Positions 1 to 10,621 of a stretch of DNA of 64,000 bases are shown piece after piece. The translations under genes were made by a program, and so were the position numbers. Under the pieces are notes generated by a model. That model saw only the letters and a program-made list of their open reading frames with translations, was not told the origin of the DNA and did not search any database. Positions within the stretch are counted from its first letter, which is position 1. The number at the start of each line of letters is the position of its first letter. Origin of the DNA: Candidatus Margulisiibacteriota bacterium (lineage in GTDB: Bacteria; Margulisbacteria; WOR-1; O2-12-FULL-45-9); assembly GCA_034723395.1 (NCBI GenBank), contig JAYEOW010000029.1:64001-128000 (forward strand). Direction: 5' to 3'.

Positions 1-1662
1 GCGCAATGGCTAGAGGCAGGAGACATTTTAGAGGTGGAAGAAAACAACGCCCTGAAATACGTTTTTACGCAAAAGTCCGGAGTTTTCTTTGCTGGCGGCA
101 AAGCAAAAATACGCCGCAAATCTATGCCCGCGGCTAGTGAGGCCCTCCTTAGTTTTTTAAGAAACAAGCAGCTTTCCAGGCGGGAAAGACTTTCTTTCCC
201 GCTGCTTGCGGAAGCCATCCAGGCTTTAGCTTCTTCTCCCCAGGGTACTGATCCATATTTTGAGGCGGCGCGCATCGCAGCCGAACATGGCGCGTCAGAA
301 ACAAGCCTAGCTGCGCTTCTTCTGCAGAAGATTTTACCAGAATATACCAGCCCCAGCTATGATTGGTTATTAAATAAAAGGGGTCTACCGACTACGTTTA
401 TACAGCATCTCAAAGCTGTCCACGGAGAAACCGGATTTTCGTGGAGGAGATGGCCCCTTGAAGTGCGCCTACTGGGAGGTAAAGTTGCCGACATTCGACA
501 TGTCTCTGGTATGCATGTGGGCTTGATGCGCATCCAGAATGCCGGAGACATACATACTTATTTGCAGCTTTTTCTTAATGTTCTTGGTTTTGATTCTAGT
601 TATAAGCAAGAGACCTACCTCGAATACTTTGCCACTGTTTTGGGAAAACTCCGGCATACGCCGGTGCGAGCCCTTAAAAAAGAAGAGGAAAGAAATCTAA
701 GGGTTGTAGTAGCTCCCCTGGCGGAAAGACGTGGTTTTTCTGGTTTAGCGGCGATGATCCGTAATGAAATATTCCGTATTTCTTACAACCGCGCCTACAA
801 TCATTTTCGAAGAAAAATTGAAAAAGCGACCGGCTTAACTTATTCAGAGATGGAGCTACACCTGCAAGATACAGTAAACCTAATTCGCGAAGTGATTGCT
901 GCGGCAGGCATTGCGCCTGAAGACTATGAGATCTTCTTTCGGGTTAAACTCCCTTATTCAGCATGGGAGAAGATGCAAGCTAATAAGATCAGTGATCCTG
1001 GTCAAGTTCATGATCTCTTAGGGATGAGTATCGTGGCTGAAAATGACCGTTTGGTCCGCCGCATTGAGAAATTGATCCCTCAGGTGCTTCCAAACCTCTC
1101 ACTTGAAAATTTTAAGGACCCTCACGAACTTTTGCCGCACATGCGTGAAAATCGTCTGCCAACATATAAGGATCAGATTGCTAAACCCGCGGACAGCGGC
1201 TTCTCAGCGATAACCATGATACGTTTGACTATGCTAAAGTTGCCAGCGGAAGTTCAAGTCACAAGTCGAGAGCGTGACAGGATAAATCGCGAGGGTGTTG
1301 CCGCGCACTGGAAGCATAAGATACGCAGGGAGATCAAACATTTTTACGGGATTGAAATTGCTGAACTTGCGGATCTCGTGGAACACAAAGATAAGTTTAG
1401 CGTGGTCCTTTATGGGGATTGGAAAGGGAATATTAGGAAAACCCTTAACCAGGGCCTGGATTACAAGGTGTTTGATAATTTGCAAGAAAAGGATGTGGCG
1501 GAGTTTCTGGATTACAATCCCCATGATAAGCTATTTTATCTAGACCATTGGAAATTTAGGCGTTTGGGAAGAATCCGCCGTGTCTCCGCGCTTGAGCCTC
1601 TCCAGACTGAAGGGGACCATTCTATGACCTATCTCTTTTTAGTGCTCAGGGATAAAAAATAA
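1..1662 (+). CDS. Divergent RelA/SpoT-family protein (degenerate HD and synthetase domains), 5' end probably outside the window
   Basis: Frame is open from base 1. RSH-like segments APLAERRG, RVKLPYSAWEKM, HDLLGMSIV, YKDQIAKPADSGF, EVQV, GVAAHWKHK. Several catalytic residues are substituted. Confidence 0.7.
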   Translation, partial: AQWLEAGDILEVEENNALKYVFTQKSGVFFAGGKAKIRRKSMPAASEALLSFLRNKQLSRRERLSFPLLAEAIQALASSPQGTDPYFEAARIAAEHGASETSLAALLLQKILPEYTSPSYDWLLNKRGLPTTFIQHLKAVHGETGFSWRRWPLEVRLLGGKVADIRHVSGMHVGLMRIQNAGDIHTYLQLFLNVLGFDSSYKQETYLEYFATVLGKLRHTPVRALKKEEERNLRVVVAPLAERRGFSGLAAMIRNEIFRISYNRAYNHFRRKIEKATGLTYSEMELHLQDTVNLIREVIAAAGIAPEDYEIFFRVKLPYSAWEKMQANKISDPGQVHDLLGMSIVAENDRLVRRIEKLIPQVLPNLSLENFKDPHELLPHMRENRLPTYKDQIAKPADSGFSAITMIRLTMLKLPAEVQVTSRERDRINREGVAAHWKHKIRREIKHFYGIEIAELADLVEHKDKFSVVLYGDWKGNIRKTLNQGLDYKVFDNLQEKDVAEFLDYNPHDKLFYLDHWKFRRLGRIRRVSALEPLQTEGDHSMTYLFLVLRDKK

Positions 1663-1691
1663 ACTCATTTTATAACAATCTTTACCATGCT

Positions 1692-1720
1692 TTGATTTTA
1701 GCATAATATTCGTTTATAAT
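1692..1720 (+). promoter_or_regulatory. Sigma-70-type promoter for pckG
   Basis: TTGATT-N17-TATAAT upstream of the ATG at 1783. Confidence 0.5.
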
Positions 1721-1782
1721 AATGTTTCTTAATGCGATTCGCGAAATCCCAAAGAAGATTGTAAAAGGAAGGTATAGCTGTA

Positions 1783-3645
1783 ATGAAAATGTTAAAAGAA
1801 AAATGTGGGGCAGAAAATTATAAAAAGCTGGAGGCGCTGGGCAATCCGGCCTTGCTTGAATTTGTGGCAAAATATGTGGAACATTGCAATCCCGCGTCGG
1901 TTTTTGTGCGTACCGATTCTCCGGAGGATGCGGAATACATTAGGAATAAAGCGATCGAGAACAAAGAAGAACATAAACTGGCTATTAAAGGCCATACTTA
2001 TCACTTTGACGGATATTTTGACCAGGCCAGGGATAAGGCGAATACAAAATATCTGCTCCCTCCGGACGTAGAGCTGGGTTCTGATATCCGGAAAACAGAC
2101 CGGACTAAAGGTTTGCAGGAGATTAGCGGACTTCTAAAGAACATTATGTCCGGCAAAGAGATGTATGTCGGCTTCTTTTGTCTGGGTCCGACAAATTCCC
2201 CTTTTTCGATCCCCGCGCTCCAGATAACCGATTCGGCTTATGTGGCGCATAGTGAGGATATCCTTATCCGAAGCGGGTACGAGATGTTTAAAAAACTGGG
2301 GAAGACGGCCGATTTTTTCAAGTTTGTTCACAGCGCTGGAGAGCTCGAAGGCGGCGTGAGTAAAAATGTTGATAAACGCAGGGTTTATATTGACCTTGAG
2401 CAGAATTTGGTTTTCAGTGCCAATACCCAGTATGCCGGTAATACTGTTGGCTTAAAGAAGTTGGCCATGCGCCTGGCTATAAAAAAGGCCTCCTTTGAAG
2501 GGTGGCTTACCGAGCATATGTTTGTTATGGGGGTCCATGGCCCAAAGGGGAGGGTCTCTTATTTATCCGGTTCATTTCCGAGCGCCTGCGGAAAAACGTC
2601 TACCGCGATGCTGGAAGGCGAAACGATCGTCGGGGATGATATCGCCTATTTAAGGAATATTGACGGCAAAATTCGCGCGGTAAATGTTGAGCGCGGGATG
2701 TTCGGCATTATCCGTGACGTGAATAAAAAAGGAGATCCATTGATCTTTGAAGCGCTTAATTCTACTGGAGAAGTGATCTTTTCTAACATCCTGGTAGCTG
2801 ATAAGGGGATCCCTTTTTGGCTTGGGGATGGCAGGGAGATGCCTGAAAAGGGTAAAAATTACTCCGGCGAATGGACGATCGGAAAAAAGGACGCAAAAGG
2901 GCAGGAGATAACCCACTCGCATAAGAACTCAAGATATACCATCCGTTTGAGTGAATTAAAAAATTGCGACCCTAAGCTTAATGACCCCGAAGGGGTGGAA
3001 CTGTCCGGTATTATTTACGGTGGCAGGGATTCAGATACTACTGTACCGGTCGAGCAATCATTTGATTGGAACCATGGGATATTGATGAAGGGGGCAACGA
3101 TCGAATCGGAGACCACCGCCGCCACCCTGGGACAGGAAGGGGTAAGGAAGTTCAATCTCATGGCCAATATAGATTTCCTCTCGATCCCGATGGGGAGGTA
3201 TATTACTAATAATTGTGATCTGGGCAACTCGGTGAAAAAACCACCCCAGATTTTTTTGGTTAACTATTTCCTAAAAGATAAAGATGGTAAATATTTGAAC
3301 GGGGTAAAGGATAAGCATGTCTGGCTTAGATGGATGGAGCTGCGCATTCACGGTGATGTTTCGGCGATCAAGACCCCCACCGGTTATATTCCGGAGTATA
3401 AAGACCTTAAAAAAATATTTGAAGAGGTACTTGATAAAGAATACTCAAAAGAGGAATACCTTAAACAGTTTACTATAAGAATTCCTGAGAACCTTGCTAA
3501 GATAAAAAGAATTGCCGAGATCTATAAGACCAAAGTTCCCGATGCTCCGCATATCCTGTTCGAAGCGCTAGAAGAGCAAAAAAATAGGCTAGAGGAAACC
3601 AGGAAAAAATTGGGAGATTATATATCTCCTGAGGCTTTGGGTTAA
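1783..3645 (+). CDS. pckG: Phosphoenolpyruvate carboxykinase (GTP)
   Basis: FPSACGKTS P-loop, VGDDIAY, YAGNTVGLKKLAMR, WLTEHM, YGGRDSDT motifs; 620 aa. Confidence 0.93.
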   Translation: MKMLKEKCGAENYKKLEALGNPALLEFVAKYVEHCNPASVFVRTDSPEDAEYIRNKAIENKEEHKLAIKGHTYHFDGYFDQARDKANTKYLLPPDVELGSDIRKTDRTKGLQEISGLLKNIMSGKEMYVGFFCLGPTNSPFSIPALQITDSAYVAHSEDILIRSGYEMFKKLGKTADFFKFVHSAGELEGGVSKNVDKRRVYIDLEQNLVFSANTQYAGNTVGLKKLAMRLAIKKASFEGWLTEHMFVMGVHGPKGRVSYLSGSFPSACGKTSTAMLEGETIVGDDIAYLRNIDGKIRAVNVERGMFGIIRDVNKKGDPLIFEALNSTGEVIFSNILVADKGIPFWLGDGREMPEKGKNYSGEWTIGKKDAKGQEITHSHKNSRYTIRLSELKNCDPKLNDPEGVELSGIIYGGRDSDTTVPVEQSFDWNHGILMKGATIESETTAATLGQEGVRKFNLMANIDFLSIPMGRYITNNCDLGNSVKKPPQIFLVNYFLKDKDGKYLNGVKDKHVWLRWMELRIHGDVSAIKTPTGYIPEYKDLKKIFEEVLDKEYSKEEYLKQFTIRIPENLAKIKRIAEIYKTKVPDAPHILFEALEEQKNRLEETRKKLGDYISPEALG

Positions 3646-3705
3646 AATAATTTGCCAATACTTTTTATAGTAAGTTTCACTGTTTTATAGTATAATAATT
3701 TTACC

Positions 3706-4773
3706 ATGAAAATTCGTTCGAATACACGTGAAGGGAACAAGATTATCCTCGAAGTTGAAGAAGATTATTCAGAATTCCTCAAATCGGTCGATAAAACTAT
3801 CATTGAAGCGGGGAAAGAGGTTAAAATTCCCGGTTTCCGCCCCGGTAAAGCCCCCAAAGCGATGGTTGAAAAGGTGTTAAACCGCGAATTTATTGAAGCG
3901 CAGGCAGCTCAGGACCTTATCTCCGCAATTTATCCAAGAATCCTTGATGAGATAAAAATTGAACCGGTTGATTATCCTAATCTTCAAATTCTTGATAAAA
4001 AGAAGAAGAAACCAATCGTTTATAAGATCGAGATCGAGGTTTACCCGGAGGTAAAACTCGGTAAATATAAGGGTTTGAGGGCTGAGAAAAAAGAGGTAAA
4101 AGTTACTGATGAAGATGTGAATAAAGTCTTGGAAAACCTCCAAAAAAGGCTGGCCCATATGGAAGGGGGCGAGCCGGCGATCGATGATGAATTTGCTAAA
4201 AAAGTGAGCAAGTATCAGACCCTTGAAGAGCTAAAAAAAGAGTTTCGAACGGGGATGCAAAAAGATAAAGAGGGCGCCGAAGAGGCTGACGTAAAGAATA
4301 AGCTTATCGCAGAAGCCTCGAAAAATGCAAAAGTGGATATTCCCAACGGGATGGTCAAGCGGGAGATCGATGTAATGCTTGATGAGCTGCGCAACTCACT
4401 TGCTCAAAGCGGCTTGACCCTTGAAGATTATTTAAAAGGGATAAAAAAGGACGAGAAGCTGATGCGGGAAGAGCTGCACAAATCGGCCGAAGTAAGGGTG
4501 ATCGGTAAAGTCGTTTTAAAGGCGATCGCGGAAACTGAAAAAATTGAGATCTCAAAAGAGGAGATGGATGAGGAGCTCAAAGAGCTGGCAAAGGCGGCCG
4601 GGCAGCCGGTCGAAGAGGCGGGTAAAGAGATCGATGAGCACGCTAAAAAATATGTCGAAGACTATCTCATGCGCCGTAAAGCGCTAGATTTTATTCTAGA
4701 AAAAGCAAAGGTAACAACGGTTGAAAACAAGCCCCTCGATGAAACTCGGGGCGAGGAGGAAAAAAATGACTGA
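3706..4773 (+). CDS. tig: Trigger factor lacking the central FKBP PPIase domain
   Basis: GFRPGKAP ribosome-binding signature, C-terminal chaperone domain, position before clpP; only 355 aa. Confidence 0.9.
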   Translation: MKIRSNTREGNKIILEVEEDYSEFLKSVDKTIIEAGKEVKIPGFRPGKAPKAMVEKVLNREFIEAQAAQDLISAIYPRILDEIKIEPVDYPNLQILDKKKKKPIVYKIEIEVYPEVKLGKYKGLRAEKKEVKVTDEDVNKVLENLQKRLAHMEGGEPAIDDEFAKKVSKYQTLEELKKEFRTGMQKDKEGAEEADVKNKLIAEASKNAKVDIPNGMVKREIDVMLDELRNSLAQSGLTLEDYLKGIKKDEKLMREELHKSAEVRVIGKVVLKAIAETEKIEISKEEMDEELKELAKAAGQPVEEAGKEIDEHAKKYVEDYLMRRKALDFILEKAKVTTVENKPLDETRGEEEKND

Positions 4774-5389
4774 AAGAGCACAATTGATCCCGATGGTAGT
4801 TGAGCAATCCGCCAGGGGAGAAAGGGCCTACGATATTTACTCCCGCTTATTAAAAGAGAGAATTATCTTTGTCGGGACCCCGGTTGATGATATGGTTGCT
4901 AATACAATTATCGCACAAATGTTATTTTTGCAGGCTGAAGACTCAGCCAAGGATATCAATATGTATATTAACAGCCCGGGTGGGGTAGTTACCGCCGGCT
5001 TAGCGATCTACGATACAATGCAATACATTAAATCGCCTATTTCAACCATCTGTATCGGCCAGGCTGCGTCAATGGGGGCGCTGCTTCTAGCGGCGGGGAA
5101 CAAAGGAAAACGCTTTGCGCTGCCGAACGCCCGGATGATGATCCATCAGCCGTTGGGGGGAGCTCAAGGGCAGGCGACCGATATCGAGATCCAGACAAAG
5201 GAAATGTTGAGGATCAAAAAGCTGCTAAACGATATATTGGCAAAACATACCAGCCAATCTCTGGCTAAGATCGAGAAAGATACCGACCGTGATTTCTATA
5301 TGGGGGCGGACGAGGCGGTAAAATACGGTATTATTGATGAAGTGATCTCTACCGCTAAAGTTTCGGGAAACGGAAAAAAATCGAAATAA
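4766..5389 (+). CDS. clpP: ATP-dependent Clp protease proteolytic subunit
   Basis: [30 protein letters not shown] (catalytic Ser), [11 protein letters not shown] at 4766 follows a GAGGAGG RBS. Confidence 0.97.
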   Translation: MTERAQLIPMVVEQSARGERAYDIYSRLLKERIIFVGTPVDDMVANTIIAQMLFLQAEDSAKDINMYINSPGGVVTAGLAIYDTMQYIKSPISTICIGQAASMGALLLAAGNKGKRFALPNARMMIHQPLGGAQGQATDIEIQTKEMLRIKKLLNDILAKHTSQSLAKIEKDTDRDFYMGADEAVKYGIIDEVISTAKVSGNGKKSK

Positions 5390-5392
5390 TAT

Positions 5393-7816
5393 ATGGCAGG
5401 CTCCGCCAAAAAATCTAGCCGCAAACTTGGGGAGTGGAAAGAAGTCCTCCCCTTAATACCGCTGCGCAACATTGTTGTTTTTCCCCAGATGATCGTCCCT
5501 TTATTTATCGGCCGTTCACCCTCGGTTAAAGCGCTTGAGGAGACGGTCGAAAAAGAGAAGATGATTATCTTTGCCGCGCAGAAAGAGGAAGAGAATGAGG
5601 ATCCGTCCCCCAAAGATATTGCCAAAATCGGGACCTTATCTGAAATTGTTCAGTTGCTCCATCTTCCCGACGGAACGACCAAGATATTGGTAGAGGGAAT
5701 CTGCCGTGTAAGGATCGAGAAATACGAAAAACAGGCCCCATATTTTAAAGTGGCAATTTCGCGGATCGAAGAATCAGAAGATATCACGCCCGAGACTGAA
5801 GCGTTGGTCAGGAACGTAATCAAGCAGTTTGAGGAGTATGTAAAACTGAACCGACGCATCCCTTCGGAAACTTTAATGTCGATCGTGAACGTTGATAATC
5901 CAGGGAGATTAGCTGACCTTATTGCCTCATACCTCTCTTTGAAGGTTGACGAGAAACAGGCAATCCTGGAAGCGGTAAAGCCCGAGAAAAGACTGGCAAA
6001 GCTTTCTGAGATATTGGAAAAGGAGATCGGAGTTTTGGATGTCGAGAAAAAATTGCGAGGTAAGGTCAGGAAGCAGATCGAAAAGGTCCAGAAGGAGTAC
6101 TATTTAAAAGAAAAAATGCGCGCGATCCAGGAGGAGCTGGGTGAAGAAGATGAATACGACCAGCCGGAGCTGAAAGAGTATAAGAAAAAGATAAAAGCGG
6201 CAAAACTTCCGGCGGCAGTAAAAGAGAAGGCGGATAAAGAGCTTGAGCGATTAAGTAAAATGCCGCCGATGGTAGCCGAAGCCTCGGTGATCCGTACCTA
6301 TCTCGATTGGCTGATCGAACTCCCCTGGAAGAAAAAGACAAAAGGTAAGTTTGATATCTCAGAAGTAGAGAAGATCTTAAATAAAGACCATTACGGATTA
6401 GATAAAGTCAAAGAGCGGATCCTGGAATATTTCGCGGTCCTTCAATTGACCGGGAAGATAGCGGGGACGATCCTTTGCCTGGTTGGTCCTCCTGGCGTTG
6501 GTAAAACATCGGTTGCCCAATCGATTGCCCGGGCGATGGGGAGGAAGTTCACCAGGGTTGCGTTGGGTGGAGTGCGCGATGAGGCTGAAATTAGGGGGCA
6601 TCGCCGGACTTATGTCGGGTCGATGCCGGGACGGGTAATCCAATCGATCAGCAAGGCCGGATCAAATAATCCGGTTTTCCTGCTTGATGAAGTTGATAAG
6701 ATGGGGATGGATTTTAGGGGTGATCCATCTGCCGCGCTGCTCGAAGTTTTGGATCCGGAGATGAATAAAGAATTTTCCGACCACTATCTTGAGGTCCCGT
6801 TTGATCTCTCCGATGTATTTTTTATAACTACTGCAAATACACGTGATCCGATTCCCCGACCCCTTCTGGACCGAATGGAGGTTATCCAGATGTCCGGTTA
6901 TACCGAAGAGGAGAAAATGGGGATTGCCAGAGGTTATCTGATCCCGCGCGAGCTGGAGAAACACGGGCTAAAAAAGAGTAAGATCGAATTCGAAGATAAA
7001 GCGCTGCTTTCGATTATCCGCGAATATACCAAAGAGGCCGGGGTTAGGAATTTGGAGAGAAAAATCGCCGATATATTGCGAAAGATCGCGACTAAAATAG
7101 TCAGGAAAAAGGGGAAGGCGAAAACGGTCGTAAAATTATCGGATCTCCAGGAATATTTGGGCGCTCCCAGATTTACTTTTGGAATAGCCGAAGAGAAAGA
7201 TCAGGTTGGGGTGGCGACCGGGCTGGTATGGACCGAGGTTGGCGGAGATACGGTCCCGATCGAGGTGACCGTGATGCCGGGGAGGGGGAACCTGACCTTA
7301 ACTGGGATGATGGGGGAGGTTATGCAGGAATCTTCTAAGGCGGCGATGAGCTATGTTCGCTCCCGGGCAAAGCAGTTCGGGCTCGAAGATAATTTTTACC
7401 GGAAGATTGATGTCCATCTGCATGTCCCGGAAGGGGCGGTTCCCAAGGATGGACCGTCGGCCGGGGTAACGATGGCGACCGCTTTGACTTCGGCCTTGAC
7501 CCAGACGCCGATCCGGCGCGATGTGGCGATGACCGGTGAGATAACCCTTAGGGGGCGGGTGATGCCGATTGGCGGGTTAAAAGAGAAACTGCTGGCGGCG
7601 CGCAGGGCGGGGATAAAACGTGTTATAATACCGATGGAAAACAAGAAGGATCTCAAAGAGATAAAAAAAGACCTTTTGGATGATCTGGAGATAGTTTTTG
7701 TTAAAGAGGCAGATGAAGTTATAAAGAATGCTCTTTCCCGAAGCATCAAGGGGAAAAAGAGCAAGCCGATCAGGTATTTTCCCCCGGGGCCCGAACCGCC
7801 GCCCATGTACGCTTAA
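5393..7816 (+). CDS. lon: Lon protease
   Basis: N-domain, GPPGVGKTS Walker [16 protein letters not shown] catalytic Ser, IGGLKEK. Confidence 0.97.
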   Translation: MAGSAKKSSRKLGEWKEVLPLIPLRNIVVFPQMIVPLFIGRSPSVKALEETVEKEKMIIFAAQKEEENEDPSPKDIAKIGTLSEIVQLLHLPDGTTKILVEGICRVRIEKYEKQAPYFKVAISRIEESEDITPETEALVRNVIKQFEEYVKLNRRIPSETLMSIVNVDNPGRLADLIASYLSLKVDEKQAILEAVKPEKRLAKLSEILEKEIGVLDVEKKLRGKVRKQIEKVQKEYYLKEKMRAIQEELGEEDEYDQPELKEYKKKIKAAKLPAAVKEKADKELERLSKMPPMVAEASVIRTYLDWLIELPWKKKTKGKFDISEVEKILNKDHYGLDKVKERILEYFAVLQLTGKIAGTILCLVGPPGVGKTSVAQSIARAMGRKFTRVALGGVRDEAEIRGHRRTYVGSMPGRVIQSISKAGSNNPVFLLDEVDKMGMDFRGDPSAALLEVLDPEMNKEFSDHYLEVPFDLSDVFFITTANTRDPIPRPLLDRMEVIQMSGYTEEEKMGIARGYLIPRELEKHGLKKSKIEFEDKALLSIIREYTKEAGVRNLERKIADILRKIATKIVRKKGKAKTVVKLSDLQEYLGAPRFTFGIAEEKDQVGVATGLVWTEVGGDTVPIEVTVMPGRGNLTLTGMMGEVMQESSKAAMSYVRSRAKQFGLEDNFYRKIDVHLHVPEGAVPKDGPSAGVTMATALTSALTQTPIRRDVAMTGEITLRGRVMPIGGLKEKLLAARRAGIKRVIIPMENKKDLKEIKKDLLDDLEIVFVKEADEVIKNALSRSIKGKKSKPIRYFPPGPEPPPMYA

Positions 7817-7834
7817 TAATAGGAGGAGATCAGG

Positions 7835-8731
7835 ATGAAAAAAATAATAGTTGTTAGTTGTCTGTTGTTAGTCGTTAGTTATTTGATAGGCTGCGGATTA
7901 AAGACCGAGACGACCAGATATTTCTACGGTCCGAGTTGGGTAAGGGATGGGAAGGTCATTTTTGTTGGAGAAGTGAATACCGCGGATAAAGACGTGCTTG
8001 GATCTCAGATCGGATCGAGCTATAGTCAATATCTTGCGACGATGTATTCGGCTGGTACCGGAGAGTCATCTTCGCTAATCGACACTACCGCTACTTCAGC
8101 ATATTCGCTAAGTTGTTCTCCGGCGACCGATTACGTCGCTTATATGATCGGTTTGCGGAACGGATTATTCAGCACGATCGTGATCCGCAATATCGCTACT
8201 GGAGTCCATACCGGCCTTGAAATGGTCGAGCTAAATTTTTCACCAGGGATTAAGGCGTTTGACTGGTCGCCGGACGGGGCAAGGTTGGCTTACTGCACAA
8301 CCACAGAGGTTAGGATCGTTGATGTTGATGGGGACAATGATGACCTAGTAATAGCTGAGGCGAATCTTGAATTTGTCTCGTGGCAAAATGGCGGAAGGAT
8401 CGCTTTTGTCCGTGCTTCGGAATCGGACAAATTATTATCGCTGATCTATTCTGACGGATCAGGAAGGGTAGACCTGACGGCCGCCCAATCGGTCGATCTT
8501 CCGCAGATATCTTCGACAAATACGGATGAGGTTTATGGCATAGTATCAGATAGCCTGCAGAAGGTTGACGTTGGTACGACAACTAGAACTGCGGTGATTG
8601 CTTCTGGTTTTACCGGTTCGCTTCCACGGCTTTCTCCTGATGCGACCAAGGTGACCTATAGTAAGACGGGAGAGAATACAGGGGTCTACGTTTATAACCT
8701 TACAACGTCTTTAGAGTCTGAGGTTAAATAG
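7835..8731 (+). CDS. TolB/PD40-like beta-propeller lipoprotein
   Basis: Signal peptide with LIGC lipobox; WSPDGARLAY and LSPDATKVTY repeats. Confidence 0.7.
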   Translation: MKKIIVVSCLLLVVSYLIGCGLKTETTRYFYGPSWVRDGKVIFVGEVNTADKDVLGSQIGSSYSQYLATMYSAGTGESSSLIDTTATSAYSLSCSPATDYVAYMIGLRNGLFSTIVIRNIATGVHTGLEMVELNFSPGIKAFDWSPDGARLAYCTTTEVRIVDVDGDNDDLVIAEANLEFVSWQNGGRIAFVRASESDKLLSLIYSDGSGRVDLTAAQSVDLPQISSTNTDEVYGIVSDSLQKVDVGTTTRTAVIASGFTGSLPRLSPDATKVTYSKTGENTGVYVYNLTTSLESEVK

Positions 8732-9959
8732 CCAACGCCTTAAACATAGCTGCGGCTTTATGCAGGGTTTCGTGGTATTCCCGTTCGGGGATCGAGTCTG
8801 CTACTATTCCTGCGCCGACCTGAATATAGGCTTTATCCTCTTTCATTATCATAGTACGGATCGCAATGTTTAGATCGATTTTATCTTTCATGATATATCC
8901 GATCGAGCCGGTATAAATTCCTCGTTTAACCGGTTCCAATTCTTCAATTATCTCCATCGACCTAATTTTAGGGCAGCCGGTAATCGTCCCGCCGGGGAAC
9001 ATCGCCTTGATCAAATCGAATTTATTTTTATCTTTTCTTAATTTACCGACGACATTAGAGACGATATGAATAACATGTGAATACTTTTCGATAATCATTG
9101 ACTCTGTCACTCGAACAGAACCAAACTCACTAATCCTTCCCAAATCGTTCCTTTCGAGGTCGACTAACATAATGTGTTCGGCCCTTTCTTTGGGATCGAG
9201 CAGGAGTTCGTCTTCCTTGGCCGTGATCGGTCGTGTGCCGGCAATTGGCCTGGTTTGCGCGACGCCATTTTCTAGCTTGATCAAACGTTCTGGTGAGCTG
9301 CCGACTATTTTTATTTCGCCAAAATCAAAATATGAAGCGAAGGGAGAGGGATTTATCTTTCGTAATCGTTTGTATATCTCGAACGGATGTTCTTCGATCT
9401 CTTTTTCGAACCTTTGAGATAAGTTTACCTGGTAGATGTCGCCGGATGAAATGTATTCTTTAGCCTGGCGGACGATCTCTTCGAACTCTTCTTTTTTTAG
9501 GTTTGATGTTGGCAGGCTATCCCCATCCCCCTTCCCCCTTAGTAAGGGGGAAGGGGAGAAAGGGGTTAGGGGTTGATTAATTTTATCCGCAATCGCCTTA
9601 GGATTCTTGGCGCGTATCTCAACTTCCTGTTTTTGATGATCAAAAATGGCTAATGTTTCCGGCGCTATAAAATTAACCTTAGGAATTCCTAAATCATCTT
9701 TTGCCAAATTTGGTAGATCCTCGATCTCCCAGGCAAAATCGTAGCTAAAAAATCCAAAGGCGCCGTTTTTTAGGTATGCTTTCTCTAGTTCTTCAAATGA
9801 GGAAATAGTCTGGACAGGATCGATCCCGATAAATGAGTATTGCTCGAGCCTGCCTTGACCGAGGGGACTTTCCAAAAGAAAGGATCCTGGCCCGTTATAA
9901 AGGGATTCAAAGATTGATAATGGTGTTAAATTTTGAGCTTTGAGCTTTAAGTTTTGCAT
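8724..9959 (-). CDS. Anthranilate synthase component I / PabB family chorismate-binding enzyme
   Basis: GDIYQVNLSQRF, SSPERL, RPIAGTRP, EHIMLVDLERNDLGR, FPGGTITGCPK. Confidence 0.9.
   Translation of the reverse strand: MQNLKLKAQNLTPLSIFESLYNGPGSFLLESPLGQGRLEQYSFIGIDPVQTISSFEELEKAYLKNGAFGFFSYDFAWEIEDLPNLAKDDLGIPKVNFIAPETLAIFDHQKQEVEIRAKNPKAIADKINQPLTPFSPSPLLRGKGDGDSLPTSNLKKEEFEEIVRQAKEYISSGDIYQVNLSQRFEKEIEEHPFEIYKRLRKINPSPFASYFDFGEIKIVGSSPERLIKLENGVAQTRPIAGTRPITAKEDELLLDPKERAEHIMLVDLERNDLGRISEFGSVRVTESMIIEKYSHVIHIVSNVVGKLRKDKNKFDLIKAMFPGGTITGCPKIRSMEIIEELEPVKRGIYTGSIGYIMKDKIDLNIAIRTMIMKEDKAYIQVGAGIVADSIPEREYHETLHKAAAMFKALAI
9520..9574. repeat. Palindromic CCCCTTCCCC...GGGGAAGGGG element inserted in frame in the TrpE/PabB gene
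   Basis: Hairpin ccccttcccccttagtaagggggaagggg plus ggggttagggg; encodes PLTPFSPSPLLRGKGDG. Confidence 0.7.
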
Positions 9960-10018
9960 TTTAAAAGTGAGGTTTGGATGTCCGCTTTTACAGGACTAGG
10001 GCATAACCTAAAATAAAT

Positions 10019-10039
10019 TGGGCCCAGTTGGATTCGAAC
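10019..10039 (-). repeat. 21-bp direct repeat of the tRNA(CAT) 3' end (att-like)
   Basis: tgggcccagttggattcgaac is identical to 10127-10147. Confidence 0.85.
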
Positions 10040-10126
10040 TCCCTCGACTCACTACGTTCGCTCGGGAGTCTTTGATCACACTCTATTTTACCAATTAATA
10101 TCGAGCGAGTGAAACGAGTCGAGATA

Positions 10127-10198
10127 TGGGCCCAGTTGGATTCGAACCAACAACCAATCGGTTATGAGCCGAGCGCTCCACCATTGAGCTATGGGCCC
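10127..10198 (-). tRNA. tRNA with CAT anticodon, likely tRNA-Ile2 (or elongator Met)
   Basis: Reverse complement GGGCCCATAGCTCAATGGTGGAGCGCTCGGCTCATAACCGATTGG...GTTCGAATCCAACTGGGCCCA folds as a cloverleaf. Confidence 0.9.
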
Positions 10199-10261
10199 GT
10201 CGCGAAATTTAAGTCTAGCCTAACTTGCGACGGTAGTCAAGGCGTGGTAAGATTTAGCGAA

Positions 10262-10335
10262 GGGCGGTTAGTTCAGCTGGTTAGAATGCCTCGCTTACAC
10301 CGAGGAGGTCGTAGGTTCGACTCCTACACCGCCCA
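10262..10335 (+). tRNA. tRNA-Val(TAC)
   Basis: Cloverleaf; anticodon arm CCTCG-CTTACAC-CGAGG; GTTCGA T-loop. Confidence 0.95.
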
Positions 10336-10356
10336 TTCTAAAGTCGTAGAGCGCGG

Positions 10357-10428
10357 GGGCGTGTAGTTTAGTGGTAGAACGCTTCCTTCACACGGAAGAG
10401 GTCGCAGGTTCGATCCCTGCCGCGCCCA
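10357..10428 (+). tRNA. tRNA-Val(CAC)
   Basis: Cloverleaf; anticodon arm CTTCC-TTCACAC-GGAAG. Confidence 0.95.
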
Positions 10429-10450
10429 TTCTTACTAAGAGGTGATAAAA

Positions 10451-10618
10451 ATGGGAGAAGAGACCAAAAATGTTGATGATTTATTAAAGCAGATCGGGGA
10501 GTTTGAGAAGACATTAGACGGATTGAAGCAGAATGTCGGGAGTTTAAAGACAAAACTTTTAGAAAGCAAAGAGAAATTCGGCATAGATATCAATAAGTGG
10601 CCGAAAGACGCTCAGTAG
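10451..10618 (+). CDS. Small 55-aa coiled-coil protein (absent from the ORF track)
   Basis: AGAGGTGA RBS then ATG; MGEETKNVDDLLKQIGEFEKTLDGLKQNVGSLKTKLLESKEKFGIDINKWPKDAQ; stop 3 nt before the next ATG. Confidence 0.7.
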   Translation: MGEETKNVDDLLKQIGEFEKTLDGLKQNVGSLKTKLLESKEKFGIDINKWPKDAQ

Positions 10619-10621
10619 AAG

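Noticed and set aside
10109..10366. 85-aa ORF on the + strand
   Set aside because: Overlaps tRNA genes; a spurious translation of tRNA sequence.
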